Below, one piece after another: positions 10,003 to 20,209 of a stretch of 64,000 bases of DNA. Source of the DNA: Paramoeba atlantica. Its lineage: Eukaryota; Protista; Discosea. Position 1 is the stretch's first letter. Each line of letters begins with the position of its first letter. The translations under genes were made by a program, and so were the position numbers. The notes under the pieces are model-generated. The model was given only the letters and a program-made list of their open reading frames with translations, was not told the DNA's origin and made no database searches. The stretch covers positions 806,001 through 870,000 of the forward strand of contig CDRNVI010000002.1 of assembly GCA_977017575.1 (NCBI GenBank), read 5' to 3'.

Positions 10003-10936
10003 CACCCCTGTACAGCTTCATTTACCCCCCCCTACAGGTCTTGTATTTTGTTCGATTTTGGAAATGTTTGGTATAGGACTGTTTTTCGACGCGATCGTCT
10101 CGAATCCGCTGTCCTTTTCATGATTGGAATAAAAAAATTACTAAAATGACCAGACGATTTTTGAGCTTTTTCCATATTTTTGAACTTTTTTATGTTTATA
10201 AAAGTATACAATTTTAATAAAATTAAAAGTATATTAATCGTGTGTAGAGAACGTAAAAATGACGCTAGATAGGTATTCAATATCCAATATGATACCTTTT
10301 CTATCACCAATTGAAGTCTTTTGCAATAGTTTTTAAAAGGATTTCTTAATTCGTCAACATGTTCTCCCGTTTTAATGATGGCATCTTGTAATTCGTGTCT
10401 ATTCTTAGGTTTTATTACTGTTTGGATGTGATAATCCATCCAAGACCACACCTTCTCTACAGGGTTTAAATCAGGGGATAAGGGGGGCCAATCTACTGCT
10501 CCCTTTTTCAGCTTTTAAATGCGAGCCAATGAGTTGGGGCATTATCCAACTGAAGAATTACCCGGCTGTTCTTTCGTAAAGAAGAAACGAAACCGCTTTC
10601 CACCATAGCTTTCCACACATCTTTTAGTTCCTTGTACCGTGCTATGATCAGCGTTCGCCTTTCCGGTGGAATGCGCTGATTTGGGAGAGAGGAAGCCCGA
10701 TATCTTTTGACCATTAAGGAAAAAATGTCAAAAAATGGTTTTTTTTTTAGAGTGGGCAAATGAAAAACGAGTTTTTCGACGAAATTTTTAAACTCTCGGA
10801 AGAAAAAAAGGTCGCTCAAGTGAAAAGGACAGCGGATTCGAGACAATTGTGTCGAAAAACAGTCCCACACCAAATATCTCCAAAGTCGAACAAAATGCAA
10901 GATCTGTGCGGGGGTAAATGAAGCTGGACAGGGGTG
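10003..10936 (-). mobile_element. Internally deleted Tc1/mariner (ITm) element, ~118-bp imperfect TIRs, TA target duplication
   Basis: TA|CACCCCTGTACAGCTTCATTTACCCC.. at 10003 mirrors ..GGGGTAAATGAAGCTGGACAGGGGTG|TA at 10936 (TIRs ~10003-10120 and ~10821-10936). Minus strand encodes LQLDNAPTH and, after a frameshift, WPPLSPDLNPVEKVW. Confidence 0.9.
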
Positions 10937-10963
10937 TATCTACAGTAAGTTGGTTTCTACCTA

Positions 10964-11310
10964 CTGCCCTCCCACTTAAACGCAGCCGGGTTTTGGCCGA
11001 AAATTGCGCGCAAGTAGCCGGGTCAAAAATAACACAAGGGGGAAATTAAGCTGAAGGTGGAGAGAGAAACATACAGTAGTGGAAAAAACCAAAGAATTAA
11101 AGAAAAAAATCAGAGAATGAAAGAAAGCTAACCAGAGTGTAATGAGTCGATCAATAGGAAATCGTGCATGCGATAAAAAAAAATAAGCGATATAAACGAT
11201 AAAAAAAATCCTCTAAATAAATCGCCCCGCTTCGCGTGCGGTTTTGGTCGTGCCTCAAAATTGTGCTTAAGTAGTCTTATCAAACGGTTGCGCATAAGTG
11301 GGGGGGGCAG
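10964..11310. mobile_element. MITE-like element, TA-flanked
   Basis: TA|CTGCCCTCCCACTTAAACGCAGCCG ... CGGTTGCGCATAAGTGGGGGGGGCAG|TA imperfect TIRs; non-coding interior. Confidence 0.7.
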
Positions 11311-11426
11311 TATGTAACTGATATTTCATTTGTGATTCCGTATATTTTACGAAACTTTAATTGTGAAGATTTATTACTACAATAGTAGTATCTTTTGTAT
11401 TTCAATTTGGAAATCTTACTATCCAC

Positions 11427-12359
11427 ATGCCTGCAGCTGAGAAAAGAATTAAGTCACCCGACGACTTAACACATTTTCTACATTGCGAAACTCGTCAAGA
11501 GTTGCTTCGGTTTATTGAGGAACTAGCCACCAGTGTCCGGGGACTTCAAAGAACCGAAGTAGCCGTTCCAAAGCCAGAATCTTTGGCCCAGCGCATAATA
11601 GACATGCTGCGAATCCTTCAAAAATGGGTTGTAGATATACCTCTACAAAGCAGCAGCACTCAACGATACGGAAATAGGGCGTTTCGAGATTGGTATGCCC
11701 GGTTGCGAGAGCAGTGCAACAGTCTGGTACACGAGATGCTTTCAGAAGACTCGACTACGTTGTTATATCTAGACGAAATAGTGAGTTACCTGTTGGATGC
11801 TTTTGGAAATGCCACCAGATTGGATTACGGTACGGGTCATGAACTTCATTTTCTCGTCTTCCTGTATTGTCTCCACAAAATTGGGCTTATCTCCAAAGAT
11901 GCATTTCGTGGCATTACAATGTATGTGTTTTGGGAATACATAGCTCTGGTACGTGCCTTGCAATCTCGATATCATCTCGAACCTGCAGGTTCACACGGAG
12001 TTTGGGGGCTCGACGATTTTCACCATCTTCCATTTATTTTTGGTTCCTCACAGCTTATAACATCTGCACAGACAAATTCGTATCCCCCTTCGGTAATCAC
12101 AGACACTTCACTAATACAAAGTCGGCGAGCAGAAAATTTTTACTTCGACGCTGTCGCATGGGTCTTGGATAATAAACGGGGTCCATTTCATGAGCATAGC
12201 TCGATGTTGTATAGCATCAGCGGAATGAACAGCTGGGAGAAAATATTTGAAGGCATGTCACGCATGTATGATGGAGAAGTATTGGGAAAATTCCCTATTA
12301 TGCAACACTTTTTGTTTGGGACACTTTGTCCATACGACGGTTCCCACGAGGCTTTATGA
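11427..12359 (+). CDS. PTPA: Phosphotyrosyl phosphatase activator (PP2A activator)
   Basis: QRYGNRAFRDW, AFGNATRLDYGTGHELHF, LEPAGSHGVWGLDDFHHLPFIFGSSQL, EVLGKFPIMQHFLFG. Confidence 0.95.
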   Translation: MPAAEKRIKSPDDLTHFLHCETRQELLRFIEELATSVRGLQRTEVAVPKPESLAQRIIDMLRILQKWVVDIPLQSSSTQRYGNRAFRDWYARLREQCNSLVHEMLSEDSTTLLYLDEIVSYLLDAFGNATRLDYGTGHELHFLVFLYCLHKIGLISKDAFRGITMYVFWEYIALVRALQSRYHLEPAGSHGVWGLDDFHHLPFIFGSSQLITSAQTNSYPPSVITDTSLIQSRRAENFYFDAVAWVLDNKRGPFHEHSSMLYSISGMNSWEKIFEGMSRMYDGEVLGKFPIMQHFLFGTLCPYDGSHEAL

Positions 12360-13137
12360 TAACAAAAAAAACATACATGTGAACGTATGGATCAAAGTAA
12401 GGAGAGGCGTCACCTATAACGCACCCCTAAAAGGAGTACTGCTAGCTCAACGTATTTTCAGTTCAACGCATCTTATTGAGTACGTTATTGAGTGTGTATA
12501 GTTTTAGGTGAAGTTCAGGAACCACAGTATCTTTCGCTAACAGTCAGACCTCTCGAAACTACCCCCTCAACTGCGCCACATTATCAATGGCACCGATCTT
12601 ACGCTACTGTTGCCTTGAAACAAAGATGACCTGTACTATTGCTTGTAGCTGAATGCGTCTGTAGCTCCATGCATGTTTGTAACTGTATGACGTCGTGGTT
12701 TTTGTAAAAAAAAAGTAAAATATCTGCCCTAAAAATACTTCTTGTGGCATGCTTTTTCGTTTTATAGACACCTCCCTGAACACGGGCGCCCTCAGTGTGA
12801 AAGGAATTCATACCTAATTTATCATATCCGGGGAATACATATCGGGGGAATCACATCGGGGTATGTATTATTGTGTGGGATCTACAGTCCCATTTCGAAT
12901 CCTTGCAACAAACTTTTAGAAAGCATAAAATGAGCTTTTTAGATGCGGTTTTTTCTAGGTTTCTCGTATTCTTATAAGGTATAGTGCAAAATTACGCAAA
13001 GCTTTTGGTTTTTACGCATCACGTGCTTATTCCATTAATAATACGTAATTTAGCTCTGCTTTGCTGCTTAATCACATTTTTTTATAGATTTTTTTTCATT
13101 TTAGCCAACCTTCCACCTCCTGAGTATTAGCTTTAAG

Positions 13138-15172
13138 CTGGATAGTGAGTCGGATTTCTCGACTAGGGGATCATCGGAACATTCTTGCTCAAGCGAAACT
13201 GAAGGAACATTTGCTACTTCAGACATCACCACGGGCTCAGAGGGTGATGATTCTGATTGGGACCCGGACGATGAAGTTTCTTGCTCGTCCGGTTATAAAC
13301 GGTTTAGCACCGACCAAAGTGACACCAGTGAAGATGTATCATCTCTCATTACCGGCTGGTCCTAAGAAACTGCTCAGGCCGGTCAAAATCCTCCATCACC
13401 GCCTCGTTCCACGTCTGATTCCGCTTCTGGTCTCAAGGTGCACCCTGTTATCTACGAAGGACAGCTTATGGATCTGTTAGAGGGAACGGCCACAGAATAC
13501 GAAGTCACTGACGAGATTATCGCAGAAACCAAAAACGAGATGGTTTTGGAGGAAATTATTAGTGTTGAGCCCATTGAGCTCTCTAACCCCTTGCCCGGAA
13601 TCGAGCATTATGAGCGTGAGATTGACAGCCTGGAAAGTAACCTCTCTTTAAAAAATACAAGCATCCAAACACTTCGGCGAAAGCAGCAGAACCTCAAAGC
13701 TCAGGTAAAAAGGTTAAAGAGCAAAGTAGACGAGAAAAGTACGCTTTTGAGTGATGCGAGTAAGCGCGAGCGTGAGCTGACAATAGAACTGACTCTTTTA
13801 AAAGGAGAATTAAATAAAAGTAACGAGCTCTGTGAATATTATAAAGAACAGTGCGAAATTCTAAAAAAGGACGAGACCAGATTGATACTTTCTATAGCTC
13901 GTCCAAGGGAGGAGAACTTTTTATTCAGGGAAAATGAAGGGGGAGGAGAAGCGACGAAAAAAGTAGGTCGTCCGAAGAGCCAACGGAAAAGAAATCGGAG
14001 AGGTCTACCGCGTATCTGGTTTGGAAAAGGTGGTTTGACAGAAACAGGTATCATCACCGTCAAAATTCTTTACAGAACAGGGATGTTTACTCAAGCTGAT
14101 TTGTGTCATATGCTTTCGCTGACTCGCAGCACGTGTAGCAGAATCTTACAACGTCCAGAAGGTGACGCGCGAATGAATCAGCTTTCATCTACACGAAACA
14201 CTTTGCAGAGTTGGTCAGGGTATCAGAATGCCAAAGACTACCCAAAGTTTTGGCTGTTACCTCAACTCAAAGAACTCTTACCAATCTTCGTTGTACCATG
14301 ATGGAACTCAGCACAGTGCCTTTGTTAGTTTCTAGACGAAGAATGAGAGCTCTACTTTACTATCATGGATATCGTTTCCGCTCTAAGGAACACACACTTC
14401 ATTTAACGGAGGCTAAGCGCAAGGCTCGTGTGGACTTTTGTCATGCCATGCTAAAAGAAAATAACATGTCCAATGACACATTTTTCAGTCATCTAGTTTT
14501 CACGGATGAGGTGAATGTTCACGCTGGTGACCTATCACGCGGGGCTTGGCAGAGTCCTGAAGATAGAGTTCCAAAAGGCCGTTCCCATCATCCAACAAAG
14601 GTTATGCTATGATGGGCTATTGACGCTGAAGGCCGGGTAATTTATCATTGGTGTGATGACTTCCGTCGGTTCTACGCTGATGAAAATATCCGTCGTACGG
14701 TGTTTAACGAAATTGGTGAAATGCCACTTCAAAATAAGCAAATTGGGTCAGTACATTACAGAAAGCAAATCCTCGAGGCAAATATTCTCGTTCACAGCCA
14801 TCAGCAATACTTGTTGATGACGGTGCACCTCCCCATACTGCAAAACGAACAACTGAATGGTGGTCGACGTACGTAGGCTCAGAAAGTGTTGAGGCGCCTC
14901 TCCGACAATATCACTCTTCGTTCGATGAGAAAAAAGTACTTCCAAAATGGCCAGCGGATTCTCCCGACCTAAATCCAATAGAGAATCTGTGGAGAAAAAT
15001 AAAAATCGAAAAGAATAAGAGAAATCCATCAACCGTTTCTCAAATTAAAGCGGTATGTGAAGAGTATTTGGAGTCGGAATCATGCGTAGGTTATTGTCAG
15101 TTACTTCATGCATCATTCAAAAAAAGGTTAGAGCTCTGCATTCGGAAAGAAGGTAAAAAAATTCCTTACTAG
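13138..15172 (+). pseudogene. Degenerate large ITm-superfamily transposase
   Basis: Reconstructed across TAA 13363, a frameshift near 14290, TGA 14610 and a frameshift near 14790. Contains an HTH (TQADLCHMLSLTRSTCSRIL), VFTDE, VDDGAPPH and WPADSPDLNPIENLW; stop at 15170-15172. The 5' limit is inferred. Confidence 0.85.
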
Positions 15173-15711
15173 ACGCTTGTTGATGAAAATTTGAAAATTT
15201 GGGGTGGAAAAAATACGATAGATCTTTCTGTCAACTCATCAATCGTTTTTCAAATGCGTTCTGCCTTAGTGGGCAATTATGTAGTGTCGTTCGTAAATTT
15301 TTTACAGGAGATTTTCGACAAAAATTGGGTTCTAAAATTACTTCCCGCCCAACATTTTGACTCAAAAGCAAATTGAAAAATCCTAAAACTGTTTCAACAA
15401 ACTAATTTTGCACTAAAGTCCTGACCCTAAATGATGCGTTTCCACCACTTATTTTTTCAGACGCACCCCCTCTCCACTAAACTTTCCACGCGTATTCTCA
15501 AAGAGCCATTCCTTTTCCTCGGTGGTAAGATCATAGTTTTCCCGATCATCCTGGGTTAAAATCACAAGGGCCTTCAACCGCAACATCCTCCCCCACATCG
15601 TTGCTTTCGTCAAGTCAAAATATATAATATTCATTAAGAAAATTTTAATACGCATAAATATATACCCATGTAATATAAGTGACAAATATTCGCATTCTGC
15701 AGTGAAACCTC

Positions 15712-16623
15712 ATGAGGCAGAAAGTCTCTTTTGTGCGATGCATTAAGCCTTTGCGCGACCTCAATGAATGGATTTCTAAAGGTTGTGATGGAGGTCCAAC
15801 GGAAATAGACAAAGCTTCTTTAGAAAGATTGATCAAAGAATCTGAGCCTTACTTGTACAGTCCGGAGTACAACTTGCCTTGGAATACCTTAGAAAACTTT
15901 TGCAGAATAAGGTCAGTGACACCAGAAGCGGTCCGAGTTATGCGACGTCTTACAGTGAAAATGGCACTGCGATCTCAAGAACGACACCCATCACATTACG
16001 GAAATGCACATCGCATCTCACAAAAGAACTGTCACACTCTTCTACGCTTCCTAGCCTATGCGATGGAAACAGACAAGGAATCTGGACAACTATCTGTCGG
16101 TTTTTTGAATGAATTTCAGTGTGTGTTGCACTACATTGAAAGTTATGCCAGTAGTGTAACTCATCTACTCTCTTCTGTAGCAAATGAAAGCGTCAGAAAA
16201 AGACAAAGAATATTTGTTCCGTTTCGAAAATCTCTCTCGAACCACCATTTTCCACTTGGGAGTGTTCCGCAGACTGTGCACTCGGAACGAAAGGCAAAGT
16301 TCATTTTGCGAGATAATGTCTCCAGTAGGAATCTTTTATGGCAGTTAAATCAGTTTTCGGAAACGTTACTAACGGTGACAGGAGTTAAATATCCAGTAGA
16401 GAGAGACGTTTCGTTTTTTCAATCCTTATTTCGGGTCTTATGTCTTATAGTTCAATGCCTTGATCACCGTTCCAAGAAGTGTACTTATAAACAGCTTATG
16501 AATGTAGCCTCACATGATCTACGCACTTGCTTATTTTGTCTGCGACGAAGAGAACATGAGTGGGATAGCATCTCAGAAGTATCTTTATTAAGCGGTTTAC
16601 TGGTCCACGTGCTAGACGCTTGA
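15712..16623 (+). CDS. Hypothetical protein (303 aa)
   Basis: Long ATG-initiated ORF on the coding strand; no motif recognised. Confidence 0.55.
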   Translation: MRQKVSFVRCIKPLRDLNEWISKGCDGGPTEIDKASLERLIKESEPYLYSPEYNLPWNTLENFCRIRSVTPEAVRVMRRLTVKMALRSQERHPSHYGNAHRISQKNCHTLLRFLAYAMETDKESGQLSVGFLNEFQCVLHYIESYASSVTHLLSSVANESVRKRQRIFVPFRKSLSNHHFPLGSVPQTVHSERKAKFILRDNVSSRNLLWQLNQFSETLLTVTGVKYPVERDVSFFQSLFRVLCLIVQCLDHRSKKCTYKQLMNVASHDLRTCLFCLRRREHEWDSISEVSLLSGLLVHVLDA

Positions 16624-16787
16624 AAGCAGTTTCGGCACATTATTAGGCTCACTCAATGTAGCCTTGTACTAATCCAATTTCGAACGAGTGAGTATCCCCA
16701 TCCGAAATTTAATGGCAACGTTTCTCTAGTACCTGTATTGCTACCTGCACTCCGATGCGGGATTTTTGTTGTGACGAAAGGTTCTTT

Positions 16788-17177
16788 TTATCGAGTACCC
16801 GAAGTGTCGTACATTTCCACTACAAACGTGTATAAACTACTGTATAAAGTAGTGGTATCTCTGCAAGGAGAAAGCATTGAGGTTTTAGAGTTTCGATTGA
16901 AAATTGTGGTTTCATGAGAATGGTAAAGGGGGCCCTGATATCCTGTCCGTCCCATGATCCCCCCTATGGAAATCTTAGTTACTTCATGCGTTTTTTGTCC
17001 ATTTTGGTCGAGAGCCCATAAATGACGAACAAAAAAATACGAAGCGTGTTCGCCTTTAAGCTCCGATGCTATTTTTAAACGTTTTGGAACCGGATTAATG
17101 TATATCAAGGCCTTCCTATCACTGGTTCCGCTTTGTACATACCCCTCTAGAGTGGTCTTGTTTTTGTCCTCACTCAT
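16788..17177 (-). pseudogene. Possible ITm transposase remnant inside a MITE-type terminus
   Basis: Antisense ORF starting ~250 bp inside the TIR at 17430. RLKIASELK and GGIMGRTGYQGPL weakly echo Tc1 motifs. Confidence 0.25.
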
Positions 17178-17379
17178 AGCCTCTCAAAATTCTTTTGAGA
17201 AAAGGTCTTTTAAAAGTAGACTTTTTTCAGCTTTTCATTTTTAGCGTTCAAATCGAGTTGCACACTAACATGAGAAGTCGGTGCCGCATTCTTATTTTTC
17301 AAGCTGTGTTCTCATTTTCCCGTTTAAGTCATTTACATTTTTAAGTAAATTTTAGTTATGTTCCGGTTTAATGTACCTA

Positions 17380-17430
17380 GAACCTATAAAGGGGGGAGGG
17401 GTCGAGGCTATTATAAACGGGTGGGTACAG
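17380..17430 (-). mobile_element. Solo terminus of the 39982-40288 MITE family
   Basis: Reverse complement CTGTACCCACCCGTTTATAATAGCCTCGACCCCTCCCCCCTTTATAGGTTC matches the left end at 39982; followed by TA. Confidence 0.8.
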
Positions 17431-17983
17431 TACTATACGTGGCTGAAGTACAGTTGTAGTGAGTACCACGAATGCCTACCCCTGCATATTTACGCCCTTC
17501 ATTAAGACTTTCTCAAAGAGTTTTATGTGGGTACGCCGCGAAGCGGCGCGAAATTTTTTTTTCATTTTTTATTACGCGGTAACGTTCTATACCTGGTAGT
17601 TATACAGTGGTTTCAATTGAACTTCCTCCCCCCGCGGAATTTTGAGTTTTTTTGTCCGTTTTTGCTCATTTTTGTTGCAAACGAGAGTTCTCGTTCCCCT
17701 AGTGAAGCGCTTTGGCACCTTTTTTTCATAGGGACCCTCTAGTGCTCATATGATGACCCGAAAAACAGCCAAAACAAGATTCTTGATAAATACGAATCTT
17801 GGAAGGAAGTCTAAAACCATGTGATTTGGACCCAGGGGGTACCAGGGGGTTCCTTCAAAAAAAGGGCAGCAAAGCGCTTCGTCAGAGAAACGAGATCTAT
17901 CCAATGCTGCGAAAATGAAAAAACACAGATAAAAACAGGGTTCGCAGAAACTATAAAACTATCAATATAGTACTATATAGTTA

Positions 17984-18307
17984 CTATACCCCCCCCCCTG
18001 CTTATGAGTTCCCCCAATTCTGGTACGCTTATGAGTTCCTTTTTCTAAGGCGAATGTTTTTGTACCCACTTTTCGAGAAGCGATTTTTTTTTGAACAGAA
18101 CAAAAATTCACAATTTTACCAACTACTGTACGTCAGGCTGCTGTACAGACTTGCATACTAAGCGGACAATCTTTTTAGTGCCAGTACCATTGTAAAGGAG
18201 AACCCGCGGCGCCTATTTTCGCTTTTTTATAGCTCGATTTCTGGTCTGGTACGCTTATGAGTTCCTTTTTCTCAAAACGAGGGAACTCATAAGCAGGGGG
18301 GGTATAG
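17984..18307. mobile_element. MITE, ~28-bp TIRs, TA duplication
   Basis: TA|CTATAC(C)nTGCTTATGAGTTCCC ... GGGAACTCATAAGCAGGGGGGGTATAG|TA; internal direct repeat TGGTACGCTTATGAGTTCCTTTTT near both ends. Confidence 0.85.
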
Positions 18308-19327
18308 TAATATAAACTTTTTTTAAAAACTATAAAAAACTATATTTTTTTGTTTCACGTTTTAAGCACTCCTAAGCTCACCAACACGCCATAAATACAC
18401 AGATAATTCTTTTGTGTACGATTTTTCTTATTTTTAAACCCGGAAATTGATGCCCGAAATTAAAGGTACGAGGGGTACTTCCTGCAAAGATTATATTATT
18501 GAAGTGTTGCGCACGGAGAGAACTAAACAAGCGGTTGAATGTAACTTGTGTCAGGAGGGGTCGTACCCCAGTCCCAACGAGTGGCCTTGACAGATTGTCT
18601 TGTGCGAATCTTGCGTCCCAAACATCTTCTCACTGCATCGCTGTCGCCGTACATTGGCTGGAGCCACCGACGTTATGACTTGGGACTGAATAACTGCTGC
18701 TCACAATTCTATGAGTTTGAATAAATACAATCTTATGAGTTTGAATAAATTACGCGGTGTGTTGTCCGGTGGAGAGTGCGTGTTTCCTATCGTCACTCCT
18801 TTCGCATGCGTTTCATTGCTATTTCCGATTGCTATTTTTCATTGCTATTTCCGAGGAGATGACGCACTAGTCGATGATATTTTTCGGCGGTGATGGAACC
18901 GCGGGGAAGAGGGAACATGTTTCGATAACCACCATAAAAATCGAAGGGTATCTCCCCGTTTGTAAAGGATTCCCATATAACAAAAGAATCTTTAAGGGAC
19001 ATGCCCTTCCATTTTTGTGGTGGTTTGCCAAAGGTGCTTTTAGTATCTCCCTCGTCCACTTTAGCTTGGGTTACATTTTTTTCAGAATTTCTTGTCATAT
19101 CATACGTACGTAAGCGTATAAGAACGCGTGTAGAGGCGTGTGTATGTCCTTCACAAGCGGAGAGGACTCAAAAAATATCACTTGTAAAGTGAAAAATACT
19201 TTATACTTTTCGCATAGTTTTATAGTAAAATATAGTAAATGTAGTACTATACTAATGTATAGTAACTATATTCCATGAAAAAACTATATTTTACTATATT
19301 ATACAAACAACAAAGGGGGGGGTACAT

Positions 19328-19711
19328 CTATTGTTGGCATTCATCTATTGTTGGCAAACTAATAAAATCACCTATTGTTGGCAATCGGTTATTGTTGACA
19401 TTTAATTAATTTTGATTTTTTTGACCCATTGCCATGTGTAACGGATAAAATCCTGGAATCTGCTAAGGTCAAAATTTCCACTTTTTTCGAAAATTTTCGA
19501 AAATTTCCTCTTTTTCGAGGATACGTATAAGTATCCTCGTGTATGTGAGGGGGGCGACGGTAGTGTAAGTGATAAAAGTAGCGCAAGTTACCTTGATAGC
19601 CAACAATAGATGATTTTATTGCCGTTCCATCTATTGTTGGTTAAGGGGGGTATTGTATCATCTATTGTTGGCAATCGGCTATTGTTGGCAAAAAAAAGTT
19701 GCCAACAATAG
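19328..19711. repeat. Cluster of CTATTGTTGGC motifs in both orientations
   Basis: Exact copies at 19328, 19345, 19372, 19662 and 19679 (+) and 19599, 19701 (-); variants at 19389 and 19631. Confidence 0.85.
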
Positions 19712-20209
19712 ACAAGCCCCCCTGGATAAAAAAAACTCAAAATTCCGCGGGGGGAAGATACATGTATCTTGAAACCACTGTATTAACCCGGAACACGGTA
19801 CAAATTAAATCATTTACAATGCCGATACCTCAGTTCTTATTTTTTGCTATTCTCACAACAGGTTCGTCTCATTATTTTTCTTCTAAACTGTATGATGACA
19901 ATTTTAACGTGATTGCTGTTCTGTGCAGGAAGAAATGATAACGTATACCCACAATTCGCTGAGTTATTTTTTATTTTGTGTACACAGAACATTCACATTC
20001 ACAAAATCACGTTCATAAAATCAACATAATAAATGTAGCCTGCGCCTACGCCGTCTCACCAATTCTTTTTATTTGCATGAGAATATATTTCTAAGGCTTC
20101 GTGAGGATGGATCTCTTATGAATGTATGACAGTGTATTGTAAGTCCCTTGATCGTAGCACGTATGCTGTATGATAGTATTCGGACTGTTTCACGTAGACG
20201 GCTGCGCCT

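Noticed and set aside
14610-14612. TGA-to-Trp stop reassignment (ML*WAI in the transposase, plus TGAs at 18.5-18.7 kb)
   Set aside because: Many conserved genes end in TGA at the expected place, and the same transposase also has a TAA and frameshifts, so this is decay.
12982-15415. 13-bp inverted match TAGTGCAAAATTA / TAATTTTGCACTA as the TIRs of the large transposase
   Set aside because: Too short, does not extend, and could arise by chance in AT-rich flanks; element ends are left undefined.
19328-19711. CRISPR-like array
   Set aside because: Repeats are 11 bp, irregularly spaced and in both orientations; eukaryotic context; no cas genes.
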